From: Patescibacteria group bacterium | Lineage (GTDB): Bacteria > Patescibacteriota > Patescibacteriia > UBA9934 | Direction: 5' to 3' | NCBI GenBank assembly: GCA_038064675.1 | Contig: JBBTSM010000002.1 | Coordinates: forward strand, 70,507-134,506 | Length of the DNA stretch: 64,000 nucleotides | Part shown: positions 36,816 to 45,783 of the stretch, one piece after another | Position numbering within the stretch: the first letter of the stretch is position 1 | Layout of the letters: every line of letters starts with the position of its first letter | Program-made: the position numbers and the translations under genes | The notes under the pieces: model-generated | Told to the model about the DNA's origin: nothing | Databases searched by the model: none | What the model saw: only the letters and a program-made list of their open reading frames with translations

Positions 36816-38129
36816 ATGAAAAACAGAATCCTCATCAAAGACCTCCCATCAAAACTCGGCGAAACTGTTACCATCGCTGGTTGGCTCAACGCGTTGCGCG
36901 ACATGAGTAAGTTCGGCTTTGCGATTATTCGCGATCGTTCCGGCCTTGCGCAGACCGTGCTGAACGCAGAACAGCTCGAGCAGCTTAAGGGACTTCAGGT
37001 CGAGACCGTGTTGTCGGTAACCGGAAAGATTGTCGAAAAGAAATCGAAAGATCCGTCGATCAAAGAAGTCGAGATGCAGGTCGAGAAACTCGAAGTGCTT
37101 TCGCCGGTTGTTGATGTTGTTCCTGTCGAGATCGGTAAACCAGTACTCGACGCGAACCTTGATACATTGCTCGATAACCGTGTTATCACGCTTCGTCATC
37201 CAAAACAGCGTGCAATTTTCCGCGTACAAGCCGCGTTGGTTCACGGCTACCGTTCGTTCATGGAAAAGCAGGGATTCACCGAAATTTTTTTCCCAGTTCT
37301 TGCTGGTGCTGCGAGCGAAGGAGGCGCAGAGTTTTTCAAGGTTGATTACTACGGCCGCGAAGCAACGCTCACACAGTCTGCGCAGCTCTACAAGCAGATT
37401 ACGATGGGTGTGTATGAGGGCGTGTACGGCGTGTCGTACTCATTTCGTGCAGAAAAGTTTGCAACATCGCGTCATTTAACCGAATTCAACCAGCTCGAGT
37501 TCGAAATGGGATTCGTTTCGGACATGAGTGAAGTGATGGATGTTGAGGAGGGTGCGATTCGTGAAATGCTCGCAACCGTTGAGAGCGAATGTGCGGTCGA
37601 ACTCGCGCTTCTCGAGGCGAAGCTTCCGCCGACCGGAGATCGATTCCCTCGAATCACACTGAAAGAGGCGCTTGAGGCATATCGTGATGAAGGGGGAGTG
37701 GATGAAACATCGGAACCAGACCTTTCGCCGGCTGCGGAGCGTTGGCTTTCAACAGTTTGGTCAGTACAACATCATAACAGTGGATTCGTATTTGTGACGG
37801 ACTGGCCACCATCAAAGCGTCCGTTCTATGCGAAGGTTGATCCGGCGAATCCAGAGAACACACTCACGTTCGACGTGATCGGTTTTGGAAGTGAGATTAC
37901 CTCCGGTGGTATGCGCATCAACCGATACGATGAGCAGCTCGCGCGAATCGTGGATAAAGGATTGAACGTTGCAGACTTTGAGGACTACTTGATGATGCAC
38001 AAATACGGCATTCCACCAGAAGGAGGTTTCGCGATTGGTTTGCAGCGATTAACGCAAAATGTTCTTGGTCTTGCGAACGTGAAAGAAGCGACAATCTTCC
38101 CCCGCGATGTTCAGCGTTTGCGTCCATAG
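36816..38129 (+). CDS. aspS: Aspartate--tRNA ligase, archaeal-type short form
   Basis: LDNRVITLR, SEGGAEFF, LTQSAQLYKQ, FRAE..TSRHLTE, EITSGGMR, FPRD. Confidence 0.93.
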   Translation: MKNRILIKDLPSKLGETVTIAGWLNALRDMSKFGFAIIRDRSGLAQTVLNAEQLEQLKGLQVETVLSVTGKIVEKKSKDPSIKEVEMQVEKLEVLSPVVDVVPVEIGKPVLDANLDTLLDNRVITLRHPKQRAIFRVQAALVHGYRSFMEKQGFTEIFFPVLAGAASEGGAEFFKVDYYGREATLTQSAQLYKQITMGVYEGVYGVSYSFRAEKFATSRHLTEFNQLEFEMGFVSDMSEVMDVEEGAIREMLATVESECAVELALLEAKLPPTGDRFPRITLKEALEAYRDEGGVDETSEPDLSPAAERWLSTVWSVQHHNSGFVFVTDWPPSKRPFYAKVDPANPENTLTFDVIGFGSEITSGGMRINRYDEQLARIVDKGLNVADFEDYLMMHKYGIPPEGGFAIGLQRLTQNVLGLANVKEATIFPRDVQRLRP

Positions 38130-38161
38130 TGTTATCATCTGTTCATCTTAACGCCTTCACT

Positions 38162-39004
38162 ATGAATCTTCGCTCACGTTCACTCGCAGCGTTCGCGATG
38201 TTTGGCCTTCTTCTTGGTCTTGTTCCTTCTGCATTTGTTCGTGCAGATTCTCTCGTTGCAGGGCCCGGTCCGGGGGATTTGATTCGTGGAACGTCATTTT
38301 CGGCTGTGTATTATTTGGGTGAAGATGGATTCCGTTATGTTTTTCCAAATGATAAAACATACTTTACGTGGTACGAGAACTTTTATCAGGTCATGACCAT
38401 CAGTGATGCGGATCTTGCAAAGATTCAGATGGGTGGAAATGTGACATATAAACCAGGAGTAAAGATGATCAAAATTAATTCTGATCCAAAAACATACTTT
38501 GTTGGACAGGGTGGTACATTACATTGGGTTCCGGATGAAGCGACTGCAATAACAGTATATGGCGGTAGCTGGAATACAACGATTGACGATGTACCGGATG
38601 GTTTTTTTGGGAACTACACCATTGGCGATGCGTGGGCAGCTTCTGATACTGACGCGTGGAATTCACTGACAGCGAGTCGAATAGAGGGCGGGGTGATCTC
38701 CATTGGTGACGACAAGGAACTTATTGCATATAGCTCGGTGAATATCATGGATATGCAGTTTGTGGATGTGGCTGAAGGTACTGGTTCGGTGACGACTATT
38801 TTTCCTGGCCAGACTGTTCGGTGGATCAATAACGACTCTGTGAACCACACCGCAACAGCAGAAGATAATAGTTGGGGAACGGGAACAATGGCTCCGGGCG
38901 TCACTTTTGTTCGCCGTTTTGATACGGCTGGAATCTACACCTATCACTGCAGCTATCACCCAGAAATGACCGGAACGATCGTGGTTACGGCTGGAGAGGA
39001 ATAA
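38162..39004 (+). CDS. Secreted protein with C-terminal cupredoxin (type-1 copper) domain
   Basis: Signal peptide; W.N.D...HTATA and YTYHCSYHPEMTGTIVV (His, Cys, His, Met ligands). Confidence 0.88.
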   Translation: MNLRSRSLAAFAMFGLLLGLVPSAFVRADSLVAGPGPGDLIRGTSFSAVYYLGEDGFRYVFPNDKTYFTWYENFYQVMTISDADLAKIQMGGNVTYKPGVKMIKINSDPKTYFVGQGGTLHWVPDEATAITVYGGSWNTTIDDVPDGFFGNYTIGDAWAASDTDAWNSLTASRIEGGVISIGDDKELIAYSSVNIMDMQFVDVAEGTGSVTTIFPGQTVRWINNDSVNHTATAEDNSWGTGTMAPGVTFVRRFDTAGIYTYHCSYHPEMTGTIVVTAGEE

Positions 39005-39030
39005 AGGAGGAACAAAGCGCTATTTCGCTA

Positions 39031-39057
39031 AGAAGAGCCAAGAAACTGGCTCTTTTT
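39031..39057 (+). terminator. Intrinsic terminator
   Basis: AAGAGCCA-AGAAAC-TGGCTCTT-TTT. Confidence 0.7.
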
Positions 39058-39059
39058 GG

Positions 39060-39088
39060 TTGACAAAAGCGCTATTTTCTGCTATATT
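39060..39088 (+). promoter_or_regulatory. Near-consensus sigma70 promoter of GC-rich orphan pair
   Basis: TTGACA-17bp-TATATT with extended TG. Confidence 0.75.
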
Positions 39089-39147
39089 TCTTGGTTCGGT
39101 TGTGCGTTTCTGCCCTATTCCTTGACCTTCCAACCCAGGCAATCGTC

Positions 39148-39795
39148 ATGCTCGCAGCTCTTCTTCTCGCGTGTTCTTCCAATCTGGCCGATTCCGTCAG
39201 CTCTGATATCGAGATCGACTCTGCTTCTGAGAGCGAGATCGAGGTCACGTACGTCGAGCCGGAGTGCTACGAGCTCGATCTCGAGAACGGTGGCACCGCG
39301 TGCTACGGCACGCGTCCGTACTTCACGATGAACAACGGGTTCATGGTTGCGGTGGAGGAAGCGGCTGTCGTGGTCTGGACGATGAACGTCCGGGCTGCGG
39401 CGGAGGGCTGGGTGGAGATCAACAACCTCAACCTCGCGCTCTCGTTCGCCGATATGTCCGGCTCCGGCTGGACCGACGAGGTGATGGATCGATTGAGCTA
39501 CACCGACCAGAATGGCGACGAGCACGGGATTGGGGTGATGAACTCCAATCCGAGCGGTAAGTCGCTTGTGATCGGTGAAGCGGTCGGTAGCCAGGGCAAT
39601 CTCGCGGTTCCCCGCGTTGGCCCCGCCGAGTCCGCGATGCTGACGTTCACGCTCGACGTGGACGGGCTCGATCTCTGCGACGGTGACACCGTCGGTCTTG
39701 GCACGCTCAACTACCAGACCTGGTCTGGGAACGACGCGTCGTCCATGACGACCGCGTTCGGCGCCATGACCGGCACCACGTTCTACTTCCCGTGA
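39148..39795 (+). CDS. GC-rich orphan putative lipoprotein
   Basis: MLAALLLAC lipobox-like start; acidic beta-rich body; nearly all codons end in G/C. Confidence 0.75.
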   Translation: MLAALLLACSSNLADSVSSDIEIDSASESEIEVTYVEPECYELDLENGGTACYGTRPYFTMNNGFMVAVEEAAVVVWTMNVRAAAEGWVEINNLNLALSFADMSGSGWTDEVMDRLSYTDQNGDEHGIGVMNSNPSGKSLVIGEAVGSQGNLAVPRVGPAESAMLTFTLDVDGLDLCDGDTVGLGTLNYQTWSGNDASSMTTAFGAMTGTTFYFP

Positions 39796-39901
39796 ACTCA
39801 CGGCCCGGTTCTCCCACGCGGAGGACCGGAGCCCATCACTCCGCAGGATCGAATGCGATCGTGCTGAATGACGGGCAACCCCGCCCACTGTGAGGTGTTT
39901 T

Positions 39902-40264
39902 ATGCGTTCCATTGCGTTTCTGCTCGGATTCCTTCTGCTGTGCTCCACGTCGTTTGTCGGGTGCTCGGCCCGTCTCTTCACGGACTGGCCGAACGACGGC
40001 ATCCAGGTGGCGCAGTCCACCACGGCGACGGTCCTCGGTTACTCGAGGACTGTGAGCTGCGGGATGGTCGAGGGTGAGGACGACGCCCACTGGAGCTGGA
40101 ACTGTAGTCTGTTCCGTCCGATTCGGCTCACGCCGTATCGAAAGATGTTCGTCGATGATCGGCTGAAGCCTCTCGCCTGGCTCGGCTCGATCAAGCTCGA
40201 GCTGATCGTGGCCATGCTCCTGATCTTTTGGGGCATGGGCGGCAAGAAGCCCGACGCAGCGTGA
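39902..40264 (+). CDS. GC-rich orphan small membrane protein
   Basis: GAGGTG SD; hydrophobic N- and C-terminal segments; terminator at 40279-40315. Confidence 0.65.
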   Translation: MRSIAFLLGFLLLCSTSFVGCSARLFTDWPNDGIQVAQSTTATVLGYSRTVSCGMVEGEDDAHWSWNCSLFRPIRLTPYRKMFVDDRLKPLAWLGSIKLELIVAMLLIFWGMGGKKPDAA

Positions 40265-40338
40265 CGCTGTTCGTACGCAGTCGCCCGGAAGAGTCGCTCT
40301 TCGGGCGACTTTTCTGTTTGTTTGTTACAATGGCACAT

Positions 40339-41049
40339 ATGTCATTTTCGGTGGAACAGGAGGGATTTTCCGGGCCGTTGGCGCTTCTGCTTGAGGTTAT
40401 CGAGGGGAAGAATTTGCCGATTACCAAGGTTTCGTTGGCAAAGGTTGCTGATGAGTACTTGGCCTATCTTGAAACGCACGACGTGCCGAGCGACGAGCTG
40501 GCCGACTTTTTGGTGATCGCCGCGCGCCTTATCTATCTCAAGAGTTGCGAGCTGATGCCGTATCTTCGAATTGACGAGGAAGACGCGGCTGCGGCAAAAC
40601 TTGAGGATCAACTTCGGCTGTATCAAGAGTTTGTTGCTGCTGCCGTCAAACTTGAAGAGCGTTACATGGTGAAGGCGATGTTTGTAAGGCCGACGGTGAG
40701 AGAGAGGGCAGGGGGCAAAGGGCAAAGGTTCTTGCCGGCGAGGAACATTTCCATCGATACATTGCGCGATGCGTTTGGTTCGATTTTGAAACGGCTCGAG
40801 CCATTCTTCACGTTGCAAGAAACGTCGATGGAACGAACGAAATCGGTGGAGGAACGGATTGACGAGCTCAAGTCTGTCCTTGAGACCCGAGCGAATCTTC
40901 GTTTCCGCGACGTGATTGCGGGCGCCGGAACCAAGAGGGAAGTTGTGGTAAGCTTTTTGGCGTTGTTGGAGTTGCTTCGTCGCAGACATCTCACCGCAAA
41001 ACAAGAATCGCACGGAACTGAAATCCATCTTGAGCGCCTAGACGTATGA
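40339..41049 (+). CDS. scpA: Segregation and condensation protein A
   Basis: FSGPLALLL, ADFLVIAARLIYLKS, VVSFLALLEL. Confidence 0.94.
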   Translation: MSFSVEQEGFSGPLALLLEVIEGKNLPITKVSLAKVADEYLAYLETHDVPSDELADFLVIAARLIYLKSCELMPYLRIDEEDAAAAKLEDQLRLYQEFVAAAVKLEERYMVKAMFVRPTVRERAGGKGQRFLPARNISIDTLRDAFGSILKRLEPFFTLQETSMERTKSVEERIDELKSVLETRANLRFRDVIAGAGTKREVVVSFLALLELLRRRHLTAKQESHGTEIHLERLDV

Positions 41050-41606
41050 CCGAATTGTCCGCAAAAATCGAAGCGATTCTCTTTGTGAGCTCGAAGCCAA
41101 TTTCGATGAAGTTTTTGGCGAATGCATGTTCGTGCCAGATCGACGAAGCGACTGCGGCGGTCGATGAGCTCGCGTTGATGAGAAATGCTGAAGATTCCGG
41201 CATTCACGTCGTCATTGGCGACGAGGGAATTACACTCGCCACAAATCCATCATTCGCGTCCACAATCGAGAACTTGTCGAAGGAAGATATTGAATCGGAA
41301 CTCACCCGGCCATCGCTCGAAACTCTGACGATTGTTGCGTATCGTGGACCGATTACGAAACCGGAAATTGAGGCGATTCGCGGAATCAATTGCACGCTGA
41401 TTCTTCGAAACCTCCTCATGCGAGGACTCGTGGACGAGAATGAGGACGCAGTAAAACTTCAGCCGGTGTACAGCCTTACGAATGATGCGTTGCGATATCT
41501 TGGGTTGCATAATGTCAACGAGCTCGCTGATTATGCTGATCTTCACGGTAATACAAAGATTGATGCATTGCTTTCTGCGCTAACGACCGAATCATCGGAC
41601 GTATGA
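41046..41606 (+). CDS. scpB: Segregation and condensation protein B
   Basis: IEAILF, LETLTIVAYRGPITKPEIEAIRG. Confidence 0.96.
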   Translation: MTELSAKIEAILFVSSKPISMKFLANACSCQIDEATAAVDELALMRNAEDSGIHVVIGDEGITLATNPSFASTIENLSKEDIESELTRPSLETLTIVAYRGPITKPEIEAIRGINCTLILRNLLMRGLVDENEDAVKLQPVYSLTNDALRYLGLHNVNELADYADLHGNTKIDALLSALTTESSDV

Positions 41607-42577
41607 TTTCTCGCGTCGTCGCACAAATGTTTCTCGCGTTTACTGTGCTCCGGATTCTTCCGGTTGATGCGGCAAATCTTGAATGGAAAATCGGCATTCC
41701 TACTGCGCCAGAGGCACTCGCTGCGCCGCTGTTTTCGTTAACATCGGCGCCGATTACGTTGCCGGTTGCGGAGAGTCGATTCCTGCCGCCAAAAAAGACC
41801 GATCTTTCCAGTTACGGCGTTGTCACCGATGCGCAGAGTGTGTTTGTTGCCGATACAGAGAGCGGTGCTGCATTGTTCGCGAAGAATGCGGATGATGTGC
41901 GAGCAATCGGGAGCATTACGAAGTTGATGACGGCGATTGTGTTTCTCGACACCAAACCCGATCTCGACTCGTGGGTGAAAATTGTCGATGATGATTACGT
42001 TGGGGGAGCAATCGTGCACTTGAACTTCAACGATGGCATTCGGCTTCGTGATGTGCTCGGTGCAAGTATTGTAGGATCAGACAACACGGCAACAAAGGCA
42101 TTGTCGAGATTGTCTGGAATGTCGTACGACGACTTCATTGTTGCGATGAATGTGAAGGCGGAGACGCTGGGCATGACATCGACCGCGTTTACTGAAGTAA
42201 CAGGAATTGATAGTGCCAATGTCTCAACGGCGCGCGATTTGATGTTGTTGCTTCGTGAGGCGGAGCGATCGGATGAGCTCGTCACGTTTATGACGTCGGA
42301 TCATCTTTCCGTTCGTCATATAAGCGGTGCGGCATTTATAGTGCAGTCGACAGATGCGCTTTTTGATTCGATGCTCGATAAGAAACCGTACATGATTACT
42401 GGTGGAAAGACCGGATATATTCCGGAAGCTGGGTATTGTTTTATTACCACGGTTGACCATGATGGGGATGAGGTGTTCGTTGCTGTGCTGGGAGCACACT
42501 CGAAACTTGATCGGTTTAATGACGCGAAGGCGCTTGCAGTTTGGTCCTTCAATACTTTTACCTGGCCGCAGCTATGA
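41603..42577 (+). CDS. D-alanyl-D-alanine carboxy/endopeptidase (peptidase S11)
   Basis: SITK (SxxK), SDN (SxN), KTG motifs. Confidence 0.92.
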   Translation: MISRVVAQMFLAFTVLRILPVDAANLEWKIGIPTAPEALAAPLFSLTSAPITLPVAESRFLPPKKTDLSSYGVVTDAQSVFVADTESGAALFAKNADDVRAIGSITKLMTAIVFLDTKPDLDSWVKIVDDDYVGGAIVHLNFNDGIRLRDVLGASIVGSDNTATKALSRLSGMSYDDFIVAMNVKAETLGMTSTAFTEVTGIDSANVSTARDLMLLLREAERSDELVTFMTSDHLSVRHISGAAFIVQSTDALFDSMLDKKPYMITGGKTGYIPEAGYCFITTVDHDGDEVFVAVLGAHSKLDRFNDAKALAVWSFNTFTWPQL

Positions 42578-43071
42578 TCGTGGAAGCGCTTTTTTCTTGG
42601 GCATCGTCAGTTCCACCTTGGCTCGCAACCATCGTGCTTTCTGCGTTGCCAGTTACCGAGGCGCAGCTCGCTATTCCGGTAGCGGTTCTCTCGTGGAAGA
42701 TCCATCCGGCACTGGTGTATGCATTGGCGATGTTCGGGAATGCCTTGCCGATCGTTCCAATTTTCTTTGGCTTTACTGCACTTCGTTCGTGGGCAGAGCG
42801 TTATGCGCAGTGGAGCGTGAAGTGGCTCGATCGTCTTGTTGCACGAGCGCATCGGAAATTTGGTGCGGATTTTGATAAATATGGCGTCCTTGGCCTTATT
42901 GCCTTCATGGCGATTCCTTTTCCGGGAACTGGAGTATGGACCGCCGTCTTGGCTGCGGTGGCATTGAAACTTCCTTGGCGACAAGCAATTCCGGCGATCT
43001 TTTGCGGAATGCTGCTGGTTGGAGCAATCGTGATCACGATTACGCTGGCGGGCGGTTCGATTGTTCGATAA
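42574..43071 (+). CDS. Small multi-drug export family membrane protein (COG2426-like)
   Basis: LPVTE..AIP, FMAIPFPGTGVWT. Confidence 0.85.
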   Translation: MIVEALFSWASSVPPWLATIVLSALPVTEAQLAIPVAVLSWKIHPALVYALAMFGNALPIVPIFFGFTALRSWAERYAQWSVKWLDRLVARAHRKFGADFDKYGVLGLIAFMAIPFPGTGVWTAVLAAVALKLPWRQAIPAIFCGMLLVGAIVITITLAGGSIVR

Positions 43072-43077
43072 GAAAAG

Positions 43078-43119
43078 AAAACATCCGTCGCTCCTATTGT
43101 GGAACGACGGATGTTTTTT
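43078..43119. terminator. Bidirectional terminator between convergent genes
   Basis: AAAACATCCGTCG...CGACGGATGTTTT. Confidence 0.75.
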
Positions 43120-43582
43120 AAATGTGTTTCAGGAGAAGTGCCACGAAGATCGCTTGGCCGACGAGAGCGTACTGGAGCTTCACGTCTCCGTGTTTGCGAG
43201 AGAAGAAGTCGTGGAAGAAGAAATGGACTTTGCAGAACATCCGGAGTGCTTTGGTGTGGAAAATGTCGCTCAGTCCAACAAGGAGGTCTGGAAGGATGCT
43301 TCCACCGATCGCTGCGGCAAAGGCGAGGTGCGTGGCGTCTGTTCGTACAAGGAACACCGCCATTACCATGTACATCGCCACGACGCCGTCTACCATCACA
43401 TACGCCACGGCAAGCTTTCGGCGTTTCTTGTGGATGCGGAACAGGTCGGCAAGCTGGTTGTCCCCATGGGGAATCATGTCTACCAGGAAATGCGACGCGG
43501 CTCCAAGGCCGAAGCCAAGGACCGGATTTCCGACCGCGCTACCGATTGCAGCGCCGATGGCCGCGTGGGTTGTAAGCGTCAT
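43118..43582 (-). CDS. Membrane protein with His/Asp metal-binding motifs (YdjM-like hydrolase)
   Basis: THAAIG, SHFLVDMIPHGD, ILPD, HFFFH. Confidence 0.75.
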   Translation of the reverse strand: MTLTTHAAIGAAIGSAVGNPVLGFGLGAASHFLVDMIPHGDNQLADLFRIHKKRRKLAVAYVMVDGVVAMYMVMAVFLVRTDATHLAFAAAIGGSILPDLLVGLSDIFHTKALRMFCKVHFFFHDFFSRKHGDVKLQYALVGQAIFVALLLKHI

Positions 43583-43701
43583 AATGCCGGTATGATAGCA
43601 CAGATTGGGATTCTTGGGCAGGTTTAATGGAACTTATTGGCTAATACTAGAGAAGAATATGTTCAGAAATTCAAAACGACCCCAATGGCTTGGGATCGTT
43701 T

Positions 43702-43778
43702 TGGTGGATGTTGGTGGGTTCGAACCACCGACCTCTGTCGTGTGAGGACAGCGCTCTAACCAGCTGAGCTAAACATCC
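43702..43778 (-). tRNA. tRNA-Val(CAC)
   Basis: GGATGTTTAGCTCAGCTGG...CTGTC-CTCACAC-GACAG...GTTCGAA...AACATCCACCA cloverleaf with encoded CCA. Confidence 0.96.
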
Positions 43779-43902
43779 GAAAATGTACCCAAGTTCACCG
43801 ATTGCGTTGTCGCTTCTGCGGTCCTCGTTCAACGTACACATGAAGTACGTTTCACTCCGGTCCTCGCCGCTCCTAGCACTCGGCGAACTTAGTACATTTT
43901 CG
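43779..43902. repeat. GTAC-core long palindromic element, copy C (divergent arms)
   Basis: TTCAACGTAC-ACATGAA-GTACGTTTC core; GAAAATGTAC/GTACATTTTC closing stem abutting tRNA-Val 5' end. Confidence 0.75.
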
Positions 43903-43921
43903 AACAGAACTGATCGATCTG

Positions 43922-44049
43922 ACGAGAACTTCACCAATTTAGACTAGTTTCGGTGCGCTAGGAGCAAAGTTCGCGAGGCGTACCTAGATGTACGTTGAGC
44001 GAACTTGCGACGCAGCAAGCCGAAAATAGGCAAATTGGTGAAGTTCTCG
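43922..44049. repeat. GTAC-core long palindromic element, copy D (inverted)
   Basis: GAGGCGTAC-CTAGAT-GTACGTTGAG core; GAGAACTTCACCAATTT/AAATTGGTGAAGTTCTC stem abutting tRNA-Leu CCA. Confidence 0.85.
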
Positions 44050-44135
44050 TGGTGCCGCGGGAGGGACTCGAACCCTCAATCCCTTGCGAGAAACGGATTT
44101 TGAGTCCGTCGCGTATACCATTCCGCCACCGCGGC
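44050..44135 (-). tRNA. tRNA-Leu(CAA)
   Basis: GCCGCGGTGGCGGAATGG...ACGGA-CTCAAAA-TCCGT, long variable arm, GTTCGAG, CCGCGGCACCA. Confidence 0.96.
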
Positions 44136-44243
44136 CTACGCGAGTGAGAGTCTATCACTCTCGCGAACCACGGGCAAGATCGTTTTGCTCGTTCCCTTAA
44201 TACGGTATACTCTTGGAGAATCTTTCCCTGGTTCGATTTGCCT

Positions 44244-45728
44244 ATGCCGATTGACGAACCGCACATCGACCTTCTGCCAAAACCATCCCCAATTCTTTCC
44301 GAGCGTCAGGCTCGAGCGAAGATTGGAACCGTCACCAAGATGTTGAGTATTGGTGCGGTGTTTTTGGTTGCGGCTGGCGCATTCGTGAGTACGCGCATCG
44401 CCCAGACGACAGCCGAGGGACCGCAGGCGTCGAATGGATTTTCGTTGCTTTCATCGTTGCGGCGACTGGTTGCCGCGCCGGATAAAGCATTGAGCGGTGA
44501 AGATAGCGACCGCATTAATATTTTGCTTCTTGGAATCGGTGGGGCAGGTCACGACGGCCCGGAGCTTACGGATACGATGATCTTCGCGAGCTACAAGCCG
44601 TCCACGAACGACGTTGGGATGATTTCCATTCCTCGCGACCTCACTGTGAATATTCCAAACTACGGGTACAAAAAGATTAACGCCGTGAACGCGTTGGCGG
44701 AAATGAACGCTGATGGATCGGGAATGACTGCGGTAGCGAACACCGTTCACGATATTTTTGGTCAGTCCGTTGATTACACGATTAAGGTAGACTTCCACGG
44801 TTTTGAGGATATCATCGACGACGTTGGCGGCGTGGATGTGTATGTCGATAATTCTTTCACGGACAATACGTATCCAATCGACGATGATTTGGGGAGCGTG
44901 CAAACGGTATCGTTTACTCAGGGTTGGGCAACGATGAACGGAAAGACGGCGTTGGAATACGCTCGGTCGCGCCATGGCGATAACGGTGAAGGATCCGACT
45001 TCGCTCGTGCAGCACGTCAGCAAAAAATCTTACTCGCGCTGAAAGACAAAGCGCTTTCACTGAATGTTCTTTTGAATCCTGCAAAGTTGAATAAGATTCT
45101 TTCCACCATTCGCGACAACGTGCATACCGACATGAGCATTTGGGAAATGATGCGTCTTGCCGAGTACATTCCAAAAATCAACCGTCAGGCGATTGTGATG
45201 CGTGTTCTCGACTCTGCTCCAGGAAGTCCGCTGTACTCCACGATGATCAACGGTGCCTATGTTATTTTGCCGCGGAATGAGGATTGGAGCGACTTGAAAC
45301 TGATCGCTGCGAATATTTTCGATAAGACTGACGTTGCAACGTCGCAGTCTGCGGCGCTTCCAGAAAAGCCATCGTCCACCGACGATGTTCGGATCGAGAT
45401 TCAGAACGGTACAAGCACCACTGGCCTCGCGGCACGAACAGCTGAGCTTCTCGAGAGCTCAGGATTTACGATTGCTGTGGTGAGTAATGCGGACGTTCGA
45501 AACTATCCAAAGACGATGATTTTTGATTACACGAACGGCAAGAAGGCCGAAGAACTTGCTTCGCTTCAGAAATATCTCGATGCCGAGGTAGTCATGACGC
45601 CACAGGGCTATCTTTCATCCGATGCTGTTGTTCCTGATTCGTTAGGATCGGTTCCAGACCGAAGCGGCTCCGATATCGACTTTTTGATCATTATTGGGGA
45701 GAACGGGATGAACTTAGTTATGAGGTAG
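44244..45728 (+). CDS. LCP (LytR-CpsA-Psr) family protein with LytR C-terminal domain
   Basis: NILLLG, TDTMI, SIPRDL, KINA, ARSRH, SDFARAARQQ, IQNGT..GLA. Confidence 0.95.
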   Translation: MPIDEPHIDLLPKPSPILSERQARAKIGTVTKMLSIGAVFLVAAGAFVSTRIAQTTAEGPQASNGFSLLSSLRRLVAAPDKALSGEDSDRINILLLGIGGAGHDGPELTDTMIFASYKPSTNDVGMISIPRDLTVNIPNYGYKKINAVNALAEMNADGSGMTAVANTVHDIFGQSVDYTIKVDFHGFEDIIDDVGGVDVYVDNSFTDNTYPIDDDLGSVQTVSFTQGWATMNGKTALEYARSRHGDNGEGSDFARAARQQKILLALKDKALSLNVLLNPAKLNKILSTIRDNVHTDMSIWEMMRLAEYIPKINRQAIVMRVLDSAPGSPLYSTMINGAYVILPRNEDWSDLKLIAANIFDKTDVATSQSAALPEKPSSTDDVRIEIQNGTSTTGLAARTAELLESSGFTIAVVSNADVRNYPKTMIFDYTNGKKAEELASLQKYLDAEVVMTPQGYLSSDAVVPDSLGSVPDRSGSDIDFLIIIGENGMNLVMR

Positions 45729-45783
45729 GGCGTTCGATCGACAGGATTGGTGTTCGATGGTAACCTCCGCCTTCTCTTTTCCT

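Noticed and set aside
35061-42577. UGA recoding (code 25) or selenocysteine
   Set aside because: TGA ends HIT, scpA, scpB and the S11 peptidase at expected lengths, several with ATGA coupling; no in-frame TGA in conserved genes
43702-44135. Prophage or island integrated at the tRNAs
   Set aside because: No integrase and no duplicated tRNA 3' end; flanks are housekeeping genes
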